This document shows, piece by piece, positions 39,021-49,609 of a stretch of 64,000 nt of DNA. Source of the DNA: an uncultured Lachnospiraceae bacterium (GTDB lineage Bacteria > Bacillota > Clostridia > Lachnospirales > Lachnospiraceae); contig CAMVID010000008.1 of assembly GCA_947167445.1 (NCBI GenBank), forward strand, positions 206 through 64,205, read 5' to 3'. Under the pieces are notes generated by a model. It searched no databases and had not been told where the DNA came from. It was given only the letters and a program-made list of their open reading frames with translations. The position numbers were made by a program, and so were the translations under genes. Within the stretch, counting starts at the first letter, position 1. Every line of letters starts with the position of its first letter.

Positions 39021-40342
39021 ACAAAGTCTCCGACTACTTCCATGAAATCTTCTTTAATTTCTTCCGGCGTTCTGGGTGAAAACTTATATTGCAAAAGTCT
39101 CTCCTGAAGTCTCTCGCCCTCCTCGATGTTGGCCTGCATTTCAGGGCTCATTTCATCGATGTTGGCAAGCTGATAAACTTCCTTTGTTTCCAAATAGCTT
39201 AAGAACTTACGTCTTACCACTGCGCCAATCTTTTTCATGTTGGCTTCCTGTACGGCACCGCCCAAACGTGATACGGAAAGACCGTAGTTGATGGCGGGCT
39301 TTAAGCCCTTTTCAAAGTTCTTTCTTGAGAGAACCAACTGTCCGTCTGTAATGGAAATGATATTGGTTGAAATGTAATCCGTAATGTCTCCGCCTCTGGT
39401 TTCGACAATGGGAAGGATTGTGATAGAGCCTCCGTCCTTGTGCTGGCATCCCTTCTCAAGAAGTCTTGAATGGGTGTAGAAAATATCAGGGGGATAAGCA
39501 TCACGTCCCGGTATTTTACCTGCAAGAAGTGAAATCTCTCTGTGGATGTCTGCATGGGATTTCAGGTCATCTATTACCACCAGAACATCCTGGCCCTCCC
39601 GCATGTACATTTCCGCAATGGAAAGTCCCGCATAGGGAGTAAAGAACGATACCGGCGGCTCATCATCGTTGAATGCCGCAAGAATCAATGTATACTCCAT
39701 GGCGCCCTTCTTCATGAGATTGTCGTACAGCTCACGGATATTCTTCTTCGTTTTGTTGACTGCTACGTAGATACAGATAACGTTTCTGTCCTTCTGGTTG
39801 ACGATGGTATCGATGGCTATCTGGGTTTTACCCGTCTTTTTGTCACCGATAATCAACTGTCTCTGGCCGTATCCTATGGGGTAGATAAGGTCGATACCTG
39901 CGATTCCGGTGTAAAAAGGTCTCGAAACCTCACCTCTTTCCATGATTGGGATTGCGGGGGTCTCAATCATACAGGGGCGAAGGTTTTCAAACTTTTCGCC
40001 CACCAGTCTGTCTTCCCCGAAGATATCCACGATATGGCCGAGGGCGGCTTTGGAGTACATGGCACAGAAATCATACCCCGTAGTCACTACCTCGTCTCCA
40101 ACGTATATGGCGTCAATTCTCTGAAGAAGTGCAACCATTACAGAGTTTTTACCGATGGAGGTGACATATCCCACTGAGTGATTGGCAATAACAACCCTTT
40201 CGTAAAAACCAACCTGCTCAAGTCCGACCACCTCTAGAATGTAGTCTTTGACTTTTGAGACATAGCCAACCTCATAGATATTTTTCATGTCCTTCATGTT
40301 GCGTAATTTGGCGTTAACAAGATTTTCAATATATGTGCTCAT
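39017..40342 (-). CDS. F1 ATPase alpha-like subunit
   Basis: I moved the start to ATG 40340-40342 (SD GAGGAAG). Motifs are Walker A GDKKTGKT, VLVVIDDLKSHA, ITDGQLVL, and the arginine-finger context SVSRLGG. Confidence 0.9.
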   Translation of the reverse strand: MSTYIENLVNAKLRNMKDMKNIYEVGYVSKVKDYILEVVGLEQVGFYERVVIANHSVGYVTSIGKNSVMVALLQRIDAIYVGDEVVTTGYDFCAMYSKAALGHIVDIFGEDRLVGEKFENLRPCMIETPAIPIMERGEVSRPFYTGIAGIDLIYPIGYGQRQLIIGDKKTGKTQIAIDTIVNQKDRNVICIYVAVNKTKKNIRELYDNLMKKGAMEYTLILAAFNDDEPPVSFFTPYAGLSIAEMYMREGQDVLVVIDDLKSHADIHREISLLAGKIPGRDAYPPDIFYTHSRLLEKGCQHKDGGSITILPIVETRGGDITDYISTNIISITDGQLVLSRKNFEKGLKPAINYGLSVSRLGGAVQEANMKKIGAVVRRKFLSYLETKEVYQLANIDEMSPEMQANIEEGERLQERLLQYKFSPRTPEEIKEDFMEVVGDFV

Positions 40343-41141
40343 TCTTCTTCCTCGATTTGTAGATGCTGTAGTCATACAGTCTGCCCTGGTATACTATTCG
40401 AATACCCTCGCAGACATTCTTATCGAACATACAAACCACGTTGTCGGCAACGTTGTCGTAATTCTCGTCTTCTTCTCCAAGGTAAGCTTTCAGCTCAGGG
40501 GTCTGAATACTTACCGTCTGCTTAAGCCATGAAATAAAATCAAGGATGTCAAACTCTTCGATTTCATCCATGGGCTCAATGAACTCACCAAGAAGTGCCT
40601 TTTCCTTTTTCTTCAGCGAATCATATAAAACCTTTAACTGCTCGGTTTTCTCCAAAGTACAAAGGTCGTAGATTGCGTTGAAATTTAGAAGCTCCAGTAT
40701 GGATTTGGCTGCGTTGTAGCGCTCCAAATTGCCGTGGTAAGGAAACTTTTCAAGCACAGTCTTTATAATGGAGCTCTTATCCATAACAAGCAGGTTTTTG
40801 GCCGTTTTGTAATCGGCAAAGAACCCGTTGTCGATGTAATGAGATACAGGAATGTAAGCATCTCTTATTACGGGACGAGGCTTGTAGAATCTTGATACCT
40901 GCATGGCATTGTAGTCCTGCTTTAAAATCTTGATTCTTTGTTCCACCTCTTCCTTGGACTCTTTCAGTTCTTCCAGCTCATTCATTTTCTTTTTGAAGTC
41001 ACTGTCAAACTCCTTCAGTTTTGAAAGGAAGTAGACATTGACCTTCTTACTGGCATTCTCCGTGACAATCCTTAAGGAGGCCGTGACAAAGTAAATCATG
41101 ACCGCCATAATCACGAAAATCGCTATAAATACAGCTATCAT
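40326..41141 (-). CDS. b-like stator subunit with a possible delta/OSCP-like C-terminal domain
   Basis: 271-aa ORF with one N-terminal TM (IAVFIAIFVIMAVMIYFV), then a charged coiled coil. The globular C-terminus ends in DKNVCEGIRIVYQGRLYDYSI, reminiscent of the delta C-terminus (D.sliGG..v.vgd.viD.Sv). Confidence 0.55.
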   Translation of the reverse strand: MIAVFIAIFVIMAVMIYFVTASLRIVTENASKKVNVYFLSKLKEFDSDFKKKMNELEELKESKEEVEQRIKILKQDYNAMQVSRFYKPRPVIRDAYIPVSHYIDNGFFADYKTAKNLLVMDKSSIIKTVLEKFPYHGNLERYNAAKSILELLNFNAIYDLCTLEKTEQLKVLYDSLKKKEKALLGEFIEPMDEIEEFDILDFISWLKQTVSIQTPELKAYLGEEDENYDNVADNVVCMFDKNVCEGIRIVYQGRLYDYSIYKSRKKNEHIY

Positions 41142-41154
41142 GTGCTATCTCCGA

Positions 41155-41412
<258 letters not shown>

Positions 41413-41428
41413 TCAGAAATTAATCTAT

Positions 41429-43057
41429 TTAGTGTAATACTCCCGTAACTTCGGGAAGACTGCTCACAACATTCACGTTCTGATACGTTGCAGACTCAAA
41501 CTTCATTGTTAAAGGTTTATTCTCTGTTGTCTCAGAAATAGGTAATGTAAAACTCATGCTCTTGCTGTCTCCTCCGGCAGCGGCTGCTGCTCCGTCAACC
41601 TGCAAGGATGATCCCATTTTGTTTCCGTTAAAGTAAACGCCAACTGTCGCCCCCGACAGCTCATATCCGTTGTAAGACTTTACGGTATAGTTGACGGTTA
41701 CAAGAGTCTTTCCGTCTGTATCTTTGCTTGTTGAAATCTTATTAATCTCAATATATGCGATATCTGCTTTAGTGGTTACCTTGGCCACATCCTGATTAAC
41801 CGTGACAAGTTCTGTACTTCCGGTTGAATCCTTCTTATAAGCCTGATAGCCCATCTCCAGCTTGTAATTCTTGCCGGGTTCAAGGCCTGTTACCGTATAC
41901 CTGGTATCGGTCTTACTAAGATGTACGGTTTCCTTCAAAGGATTGCTGGCCGCAAGGTCATAGACATTCAAAAATACATCCACGTAATCGTTTGTAAGGT
42001 CGTTTACGAAGTATTCAACGTCAATGCTTGATACGGAAGCCGTTGCTTTCTTTAAGCTGATCCACTTGGTTGCAGAAATGGAAGCATCGCTTCCTTCGCC
42101 ACCTTGTCCGCCGTCTCCGCCATCGCCGCCGAGACCGCCGTTTCCGCCCTGGCCTCCGACACCGCCGGTACCGCCTGAACCTCCGGCGCCACCGTTTCCG
42201 CCAAGACCACCGTCACCGCCGAATCCGCCTGAACCTCCGGTGCCGCCTGCTCCGCCCGAGCCACCGGTACCGCCTTGTCCGCCGGTACCGCCGGCTCCTC
42301 CGTTACCACCCATGATGGTGATAACTTCGGGATTTTTGGCCATCAGCTGTGCATCAGGTTCTTCCACAATTCCCTCTGTGTACAAAAGAGGCCGTTTGGA
42401 ATAGAGATTGGTGCTTCCGATAATGTTCTTTAAGCTGACTACGTTTCCGTCTTTGGCCATAAGCTCACTGCTAACGTCAAAATAAAGTCCGTCGCTTTCA
42501 AGAACAATAGGTTCAATAACATTGACGTAGTAATCATCATTCATAATCATTGCTGAGCCGCTCTTATGAATGTTGATGGTTACATACCCGTCGGATGAAA
42601 GAGAACTGTCAGTGGAGTTAATGTCTCGCCCCGTCATTACATAAAGCCTGTCTCGAAGCTTATAAAGTGACGGTGTGTTCATGTCCTCCACAACGTTCAC
42701 ATCTTTTAGTTTGTCCACGGTACCATCCCCGTTGATTTTGTACGAATCCCCGTATATGGTCATGCTTGATGCTGTGGGATCGTAGATTACTGTGTTTTTA
42801 CCAAGGCAATACACATCATCGTCTGCGGTTTTCAGGTAATATTTGTTGTCCCATTTCTTCCTGACCGAGCCTTCATCTGTCATGTCCACATATTCGTTAT
42901 CCTCGGTATATACCGTGGAGCCGGGCGCCACGGGGTATGCTTCGTTTCGGTTTTTGACCACGAAGACAACCGCCGAAGAAAAAACCACCAGACCGGCCAC
43001 AAGCATAATACCCAGCGCATTAAAAGACATGGTGTTTTGCTTACTTAACTTTCTCAC
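41429..43057 (-). CDS. N-anchored envelope protein (542 aa): TM, juxtamembrane module, (GGX)24 repeat, FN3/Ig-like domains
   Basis: GTG start with GAGG upstream. TM segment FNALGIMLVAGLVVFSSAVVFVV. The repeat GGNGGAGGTGGQGG...GGQGGEG covers aa 250-322 (42092-42310). An FN3-like signature YTVTGLEPGKNYKLEM is present. Confidence 0.8.
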   Translation of the reverse strand: MRKLSKQNTMSFNALGIMLVAGLVVFSSAVVFVVKNRNEAYPVAPGSTVYTEDNEYVDMTDEGSVRKKWDNKYYLKTADDDVYCLGKNTVIYDPTASSMTIYGDSYKINGDGTVDKLKDVNVVEDMNTPSLYKLRDRLYVMTGRDINSTDSSLSSDGYVTINIHKSGSAMIMNDDYYVNVIEPIVLESDGLYFDVSSELMAKDGNVVSLKNIIGSTNLYSKRPLLYTEGIVEEPDAQLMAKNPEVITIMGGNGGAGGTGGQGGTGGSGGAGGTGGSGGFGGDGGLGGNGGAGGSGGTGGVGGQGGNGGLGGDGGDGGQGGEGSDASISATKWISLKKATASVSSIDVEYFVNDLTNDYVDVFLNVYDLAASNPLKETVHLSKTDTRYTVTGLEPGKNYKLEMGYQAYKKDSTGSTELVTVNQDVAKVTTKADIAYIEINKISTSKDTDGKTLVTVNYTVKSYNGYELSGATVGVYFNGNKMGSSLQVDGAAAAAGGDSKSMSFTLPISETTENKPLTMKFESATYQNVNVVSSLPEVTGVLH

Positions 43058-43075
43058 GTTTATTTCCTCACTTGT

Positions 43076-46000
43076 TTATTCACCTGTGGTCTGAACTGTT
43101 TCAGTCTTTACCCTGGTATCAAGGTCTCCCAAAAGTCCGCCTGTGCCGCTTCTATACTGAATCTTTACGTCATACCACTGATCCGAATCGATGGATGAGG
43201 AAGACCAGTCAAATGTCTTGGTAAATGATGAACTCTTCGCCTCATCCTCAGATACTTCAATTCCGCTCTCGGTTGTGGTGTAAACCATGGTTCCATTTGA
43301 GTTATATGCCGTAAGGACAATCTTTCTGACGTTAGCGAAGTTACTGAGGTTGTAGAATTCAATCTCCAATCTGTCCACCGTAGCGTCGGAACCAATCGAT
43401 GCCGTGGCTGCCGATCCTGTGCTTACGGTAGCTTCGCTGAATACCAGTACATCTCCTTCAGTCTCATCAAATCGTCCGTTGTTGTTAAGGTCTGCCTGAC
43501 CCTCCACTCTTACGATGTAATCACCGGGATCCACATCGTTAAAGGTAACGGTTTCGTACTCTGCTCCACCGGAGTTTGTAAGAACTACATTTTGTGAGCC
43601 CACAGCATTATCTGTATCTGTTCTCTTGTAGAGACTTACTGTGTACGTTCCGTCAAGGATTGCCTTTTGTGAATCCGTGCAAGTAACCGAAGCATTGATA
43701 TTATTCTCCGAAGGAGTAGCTGTCAGCCTGAAGTCAGGAAGTGTAAGACTTGTGGGTGTCTGCACAGGAAGGATGGTGAAGCCCAATTCTTCGTCGGGAT
43801 CACTGTCATCCACTGCCCAAACTCGAACGGTATATGTGCTCCCCAGATAGAATCTTCCTGTTCCGGGGTTCATTGTTGTGCTGAAGGGATTATTCTGATC
43901 CGCTCTCTGGCTGTAGTACTGATATCCGGGATCACCAAGTTTATCTATGGTTCCTTCTGCCACAACACTGCCGTTATCAATATCTGTTCCGCTTACAATC
44001 TTGTACTTGACCGTCATGCCGGTACCCTCATCACCGGGGATGCCAAATCCGAAGGATACTGTCTTATCATCGTAGGCATTGTATGAATAGCTGGGTCCGG
44101 TTACTCCGATATTTATGTATTTAAGTGTTTTAAATGTGTACTGAACATTAACTCTTTCTTTGTCAGGATCAATACTGTACAAAGGACGCTCATTTCCGGC
44201 GTTGTCGTATGTAAAGAACAAAACGCCGTAGTTGGTCTCGGTGGACAGCTTTCTGAGCCTCAAAGTAAAGTTATTGTTCGTAACCGTAATATAAGTCTGA
44301 TTCTTAAACTCTGTTGTGTCATAGTCAGGAGTTGAAGCATCTGTGCTTACCTCGAAGAATTCTCCTCTGTCGTCGGAATTCTTTTTAAGTTTTACGACTG
44401 TGTCAGCGCCGCTCTTCTGAATCAGCTTCGCATAGATTCTGTCGGTACTTACTCCGTGAAGAGACATCTCAAGGGTTGCGGACTTGGCACCTGCGGTAAT
44501 TCTTTCCTGTCTGATTGCTGCAACTACAGTACCCATGGTAATGTTAAGGGTCTTGTTGCTTGTGTCGGTTCCGTCATATATACCAAAGTCAAATGCGCTC
44601 TTTGCCAATTTCTCTGCAACGTAGTAGTTCTCTCCTATGTGAATACCGTTCTCATCGAAGGTAAATCCGCTTAAAGGTGCGGTTTCAAACTGGGAGTTTG
44701 AAACAAGAGCGTTGTAGTAATACCTCTGGTCCATGATGGCACTTGATCTGTTGCCGGGGTTGGATGTTACATTAAGTCCGCCGCCTGCAACATTTCCGGG
44801 AATTACCATGGAGCCCAATGTGGTAGCTCCAAGGCCATAGGTTGTCGTCCAGTTACTATCCTCTCTCTGTATATATTTTGTTGTTCCGTCACTGACGTTC
44901 ACTCTTCTTAAAGCAAACAGGTTCTCACGCTCGGTACTTGACTCGTAGAAGGTTCCCTTGTCGTAGTCATCCATAAGACCTTCGTAATCATCGAATCCCG
45001 AAGATTTTGTGGAATAATAGCCGTTTACGCTGACGCTTAAGTTTGTTCCAGGACTGAACTTGGCAGCAAGAGGTCCCTGATCAACATATGCGTATCCATA
45101 AGGAGTTGCACTTCCTGACAGTTCTCCTCTGTCAACCACGTATACAGGATCGTAAATAACACTGTCATTACCATCACTGAATACAACTCTAAATGCAGAG
45201 AACTTATCCAAATCCGTTCCCATGAACGTCAGTCTGTATCTGTAGTTACCTTCGTTTACAAGAGGTGCCACAGTTCCGTCAGAAAGTTTATCCGCTGCGT
45301 TATCATTTGTGGTCCATGTGAGACCCTTAAGATAAATATTGTTTGCGGATATGGTCTGAGTCTGGAAATGCTGAACCGGCTTGGATGTAATATATTTTGT
45401 TGCTTCCGAAGCGGCTGACAAGGTCTTGTAGGGAATTCCAACACTATAGTAAATTCCGTCTGTACCAAGTCCGTCAATTGTCAGTGCCTTAAAGTCGTTA
45501 TTGTTTCTGTATCCGTCGGTATCATCCATTCCCGGTACATTTACAGTTGATTTGGTTGTTGATGTAGCTACCCCGGCATATGTATTGGCCTTTGTAATTT
45601 CAAACGCCGCTTTGCCCGCATTGTCTGTAATGATTGCTTTATCCGGGTCAATAATTCTGTAATTCCAAATGTCTTTTCCGTTCTCTGAGGAGAGAGGATA
45701 TCTCTCAGCTACGGGTGTCTGCATGTCAAGGGATATTACAGCGGATCTGTACAAAGGAACAGGTGTACTTCCGTATGCGCAATCAGGGTAGAAATGATCG
45801 TTATCGGGATCGATACAAGGGGTGATTGTATGATCAGCCAATACCCTGTATGCGATGATATATCTCTTACCTCTGGTCAAAATATCTTGATCTTCTGCAC
45901 TGCTTCCGTCAGGCTTCTTCCAGGTCATTACATATGAGCCAACACTCTTTGTACCCTTGAAGTAAAGCTCTGTGTCACGAACGCCGTACTCCATACCATC

Positions 46001-49000
46001 TCTTGTATGTTCACCAACAAGAACCAGATTACACTTCACATCTGTTCCGTATGTGTAGGTTCCGTCAGGGTTTGCCGTAACAGTAGCTATACCTTCTGAA
46101 AAATCATCGGGTGCCTTAGGATAAATAAGCTGGTTGGATGCAATGTCATAATTATCATCAAGTTCATAGATGTAGTAATAAATCTTGTTTACATCCGCGT
46201 ATCCGTAATCTGCTCTGAATCGGAGTCCAACCACTGTGCTGCCGTCAATTCCGTCTTCCGAATAGCCTATAGCCGCTGCGGAATTGGGAAGAGCATCTAC
46301 AACAACCTGTCTGTTGGGATTGTTGGCCTGTACGTGTTTCTTTGAGATTCCGAATCTGATAACGTTCTCGCCTTCCTTGAAGGGAATTGTGTTACCACTT
46401 CCGCCGGTTCCGTCTGCAAGATTAAGGGTGTAGTCGTATGCTCCGATGACCTTAATCTTGAACTCTCCGCCTGAGAAAAGGGCGTTATCGTTGTTATCAA
46501 TACCAAAGTCTGAAGGAGTGATTTCAAATACCGATGTGTCACTTGCAGCTTCCGAATCTTTAATTGTAAGGCCCTTACTTTCTTCAGGCCCCGTAAGCTC
46601 TGCGTCAGGGTTGTATTCTGTCTTATCACGTCCAATGAATGCAGTGTCCTTGAAATAAGAGTCATGGGATCTTGTATCTCCGTCCGCAAGAACCGTTGCA
46701 TTACCAACGATTCTCTCAAGCCCCGAATCCTCCACATGAATAAGCTGTAGTTCCAGCCTTTCAAGTACGGATGCAGAATATTGAGCCTGTCCGATTTCAT
46801 CCGCGTCTTCCGAAAGAGATGTGACGTTAATGCTGTATCTGAAAGCAGATTGGGGATTGGCAAGTCTTCTTGCAGCCAAAGCTAAGGGCTTATGAGTCTT
46901 GGTATTAACTCTGGTGCCCGTAAAGTATGTGCTTGCTTCGGCACCAGTAATGTTTCCGTCCCCGTTTGTATCCTGGGGACCGCTTAATATCAATGTGTAA
47001 ACGGAATCCTGATGAAGCCCCTCTTTCTTGAAGGGAATGAGCCAGTAGTTTCCGTTAGACTTGATGATATCTCCCCATTCAGTTGTATAGTTCGTTTCGT
47101 AATTATCCTTGTACTTAAGTGTGTATGTATCCGCATACTCACCGGAAATGGCAAGTACAAGGGGATTGGTGCCTCCTATATGCTGAAGGACCGATGTGTT
47201 GTTCCAGTTACTTGATATATCTCCTGTACCATCTGTGATTTTGATGAATCCGGAAATTGTATCCGCACTCTGCTGATTCTCATCAATCAGAAGTTCAACC
47301 ATAAGATCCGTGTTAACCGCGCTTAAGTCAGATACGTTGGAGAACAGTGTTGATATCTCCATATCTTTCTCGTTATCGTTGAACATTACGGTTACGCGTG
47401 CTCTGTAGACATCCAAATCTCCCGAAGGAATGGAGAATGTATGCCCTGAAAGCTGAGTCAAATCCTTAGAGTATGTGGCAACAAGTTCATCCATTGACCC
47501 GGTCTGAAGAGCACTGGATATATCTGAATCCTTAAATAAATCGATTCGATAACTTGATATTCCGCAATCAGGATCCGCAATGGGATTAAGGTTTACCGTA
47601 ATGGTATGGTTCTTGTCATTGGAGGTGATGGTAGGTGTCATAAGTGCTACCGATCTCCTCTCTCCAAAAGTGGCGGTTGCGGTATAAATCTCGTAATCGT
47701 AAGGTGTTTCCTTAAGAGTCTTTAGCTCTACTTCGCTTCCGTCTGTGGGAATGAGTTCATTATTCACAACTACATTTCCAAGTTCCGCATAATAAGTTGT
47801 ATTGCTTTTTACATCAGTAAACGAGTTAGTTCTGCCTGAGGTACCGGGGGCAGGGTTTGTATCATTTACTACAAATGTTGCTCCTGTGCTGGTGCAATTA
47901 AACAAAGCGATAGTCTGCTTTTGGCCGTTGTCATCGTAGTAGAAGAATCTTACGTTATAACTGTCTACCTGACCGGTTACTTTGGTTACGGCCGATATCT
48001 CAGTGTCCGTAACATAATCCTTTGTGATTCCTATTCCCAAAGGTTCCGTTCTGAAAATCTTCTGGAAAAGGATTCCGGTTTGAGGGCTTTCTCCCTTGCC
48101 CGGTAAGTATTCGCCTTCAACAACAAGAACGTACTCTCTGTCTGCATTTAATCCACTGAAGGTCAATGCTCCACTGCCACTTTCTATCTTGGCACCAAGT
48201 TCCAGCTGCTTGTTTTCCTTGTCTGTGCCTGCTACCAGTTGCATGGTTTCTCTGTCATAAACCTTTACCTTGGCACTTCCGGCTGTAAGGGTATTGTCCG
48301 GATCTTCCATGTTGAAATTCATGGTGGCACTTCCGGGAGTTACCGAATAGCTTCTGTTATTATCGCCTGAATTCACCCTGATCTCAGGTCTTGAATAAAG
48401 GTCAACAGATTGAAGCTGGCTTGCACTTGCTGCAGTATCTGCATCTTTGCCGGCTATACCTTCGGCACCGTCATAGCCCATGATTCCGGTGTCACCTTCA
48501 ACACCGTCTTTGCCGAGTCCGCCGGTGGAACCCATGGCGCCTTCAGAGCCCGCTTCTCCTTCTCCGCCTTCTTCGCCTTCCTTTCCTTCCTCTCCGGCTT
48601 CACCCTGCTCGCCGTCGGTTCCGTCGGTACCGTTTACACCGTCCTTACCGTTTATGACGTTGAATGTAGGAATAGTAGGGCCGTCTTCTATGTTTTCATC
48701 TATGTCGATGTAGCTGTCATCATCAATTGTCATGTCGTCAAGAGAAAGAACCGCTTCTCCGTCTACCATGAAATTCTTGCCAACAAGGTTAAGCTCTGCA
48801 CCGCCCCTTGTGACAAGTGTGCTATCTGCGGCAACTGTCTGATATGTTCCTGACTGATGGGAAATTCGAACGATACCGTTGTCAACGTAAGTAAGCTGAA
48901 CATAATCAGAGAACTGAACATCATCGCCGGAAGTTTTAAGCGTTACATCAGGGGATAAAAGCATGTAGTCCCGGTCTGAAATCTTCCAGATGAATTCTGT

Positions 49001-49438
49001 TATGTTCATGGCTTCGCCGCGGCTGCTCATTTCGTAGGCGCCGCCGTTTTTTACAAGAACGGTGTTCTTTGAAAGGCTGTAATAGCCATAATTAGATTCC
49101 GTTATTTCGGAAACGTCCATAATAACGCCCTTTTTGAAGGATCCAAGGGAGCCGTCATTATAGTGAATAAAATGGTCCGAATCAATTAATTCATTCGTTC
49201 CTGTTGCGTCTTTAAAGGAAATCTGAGTACCATACTTCTCTTTATACTTGGTGCCCTGAGTGAAGTAATACTCCATATTAACGTTGTCGGTAACAAACTC
49301 TTCATCCGATGGATCGAGAATAAAACCGTCAGCGACAAAAGTTCTGGTGTTTCTGGCATTATTGACCGCAGATAGCACAGCAAGCCCCGCACCCAAAGCC
49401 AATACTGCAGCCAAAATAAACATAATACCCTTCTTCAT
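43076..49438 (-). CDS. Large (2120 aa) N-anchored fibre-like protein: TM/signal, juxtamembrane module, collagen-like (G-X-Y)23, long array of Ig/FN3-like domains
   Basis: SD GGAG 7 nt before the ATG. The N-terminus is MKKGIMFILAAVLALGAGLAVLSAV. An uninterrupted G-X-Y run, GKDGVNGTDGTDGEQGEAG...GAEGIAGKD, covers aa 264-332 (48443-48649). There is no C-terminal anchor. Confidence 0.85.
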   Translation of the reverse strand: MKKGIMFILAAVLALGAGLAVLSAVNNARNTRTFVADGFILDPSDEEFVTDNVNMEYYFTQGTKYKEKYGTQISFKDATGTNELIDSDHFIHYNDGSLGSFKKGVIMDVSEITESNYGYYSLSKNTVLVKNGGAYEMSSRGEAMNITEFIWKISDRDYMLLSPDVTLKTSGDDVQFSDYVQLTYVDNGIVRISHQSGTYQTVAADSTLVTRGGAELNLVGKNFMVDGEAVLSLDDMTIDDDSYIDIDENIEDGPTIPTFNVINGKDGVNGTDGTDGEQGEAGEEGKEGEEGGEGEAGSEGAMGSTGGLGKDGVEGDTGIMGYDGAEGIAGKDADTAASASQLQSVDLYSRPEIRVNSGDNNRSYSVTPGSATMNFNMEDPDNTLTAGSAKVKVYDRETMQLVAGTDKENKQLELGAKIESGSGALTFSGLNADREYVLVVEGEYLPGKGESPQTGILFQKIFRTEPLGIGITKDYVTDTEISAVTKVTGQVDSYNVRFFYYDDNGQKQTIALFNCTSTGATFVVNDTNPAPGTSGRTNSFTDVKSNTTYYAELGNVVVNNELIPTDGSEVELKTLKETPYDYEIYTATATFGERRSVALMTPTITSNDKNHTITVNLNPIADPDCGISSYRIDLFKDSDISSALQTGSMDELVATYSKDLTQLSGHTFSIPSGDLDVYRARVTVMFNDNEKDMEISTLFSNVSDLSAVNTDLMVELLIDENQQSADTISGFIKITDGTGDISSNWNNTSVLQHIGGTNPLVLAISGEYADTYTLKYKDNYETNYTTEWGDIIKSNGNYWLIPFKKEGLHQDSVYTLILSGPQDTNGDGNITGAEASTYFTGTRVNTKTHKPLALAARRLANPQSAFRYSINVTSLSEDADEIGQAQYSASVLERLELQLIHVEDSGLERIVGNATVLADGDTRSHDSYFKDTAFIGRDKTEYNPDAELTGPEESKGLTIKDSEAASDTSVFEITPSDFGIDNNDNALFSGGEFKIKVIGAYDYTLNLADGTGGSGNTIPFKEGENVIRFGISKKHVQANNPNRQVVVDALPNSAAAIGYSEDGIDGSTVVGLRFRADYGYADVNKIYYYIYELDDNYDIASNQLIYPKAPDDFSEGIATVTANPDGTYTYGTDVKCNLVLVGEHTRDGMEYGVRDTELYFKGTKSVGSYVMTWKKPDGSSAEDQDILTRGKRYIIAYRVLADHTITPCIDPDNDHFYPDCAYGSTPVPLYRSAVISLDMQTPVAERYPLSSENGKDIWNYRIIDPDKAIITDNAGKAAFEITKANTYAGVATSTTKSTVNVPGMDDTDGYRNNNDFKALTIDGLGTDGIYYSVGIPYKTLSAASEATKYITSKPVQHFQTQTISANNIYLKGLTWTTNDNAADKLSDGTVAPLVNEGNYRYRLTFMGTDLDKFSAFRVVFSDGNDSVIYDPVYVVDRGELSGSATPYGYAYVDQGPLAAKFSPGTNLSVSVNGYYSTKSSGFDDYEGLMDDYDKGTFYESSTERENLFALRRVNVSDGTTKYIQREDSNWTTTYGLGATTLGSMVIPGNVAGGGLNVTSNPGNRSSAIMDQRYYYNALVSNSQFETAPLSGFTFDENGIHIGENYYVAEKLAKSAFDFGIYDGTDTSNKTLNITMGTVVAAIRQERITAGAKSATLEMSLHGVSTDRIYAKLIQKSGADTVVKLKKNSDDRGEFFEVSTDASTPDYDTTEFKNQTYITVTNNNFTLRLRKLSTETNYGVLFFTYDNAGNERPLYSIDPDKERVNVQYTFKTLKYINIGVTGPSYSYNAYDDKTVSFGFGIPGDEGTGMTVKYKIVSGTDIDNGSVVAEGTIDKLGDPGYQYYSQRADQNNPFSTTMNPGTGRFYLGSTYTVRVWAVDDSDPDEELGFTILPVQTPTSLTLPDFRLTATPSENNINASVTCTDSQKAILDGTYTVSLYKRTDTDNAVGSQNVVLTNSGGAEYETVTFNDVDPGDYIVRVEGQADLNNNGRFDETEGDVLVFSEATVSTGSAATASIGSDATVDRLEIEFYNLSNFANVRKIVLTAYNSNGTMVYTTTESGIEVSEDEAKSSSFTKTFDWSSSSIDSDQWYDVKIQYRSGTGGLLGDLDTRVKTETVQTTGE

Positions 49439-49586
49439 AGTAAAACTCCTTTTGGTCTTCCTTTTCGGACATAATTATGCAAAGGCATCAAAATTAGAGG
49501 GTCTAAAAAAGTCTAAACCCATACAATGTCCGCATATTTGGTTTGAAAAAAATTGGAAAATGGTTCCCTTCTTAAACCGAAACGAT

Positions 49587-49609
49587 TTGACTATTTAATG
49601 TCTAGTCAA
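49587..49609. promoter_or_regulatory. Inverted repeat in the giant-operon leader (candidate operator)
   Basis: TTGACTA-N9-TAGTCAA, about 150 nt upstream of the 2120-aa start codon. Confidence 0.35.

Noticed and set aside
42024-42404. Pro-rich (PPxPP) 126-aa plus-strand ORF and other ORFs across the same tract
   Set aside because: They are antisense or out-of-frame readings of the (GGX)24 coding repeat of the 542-aa gene.
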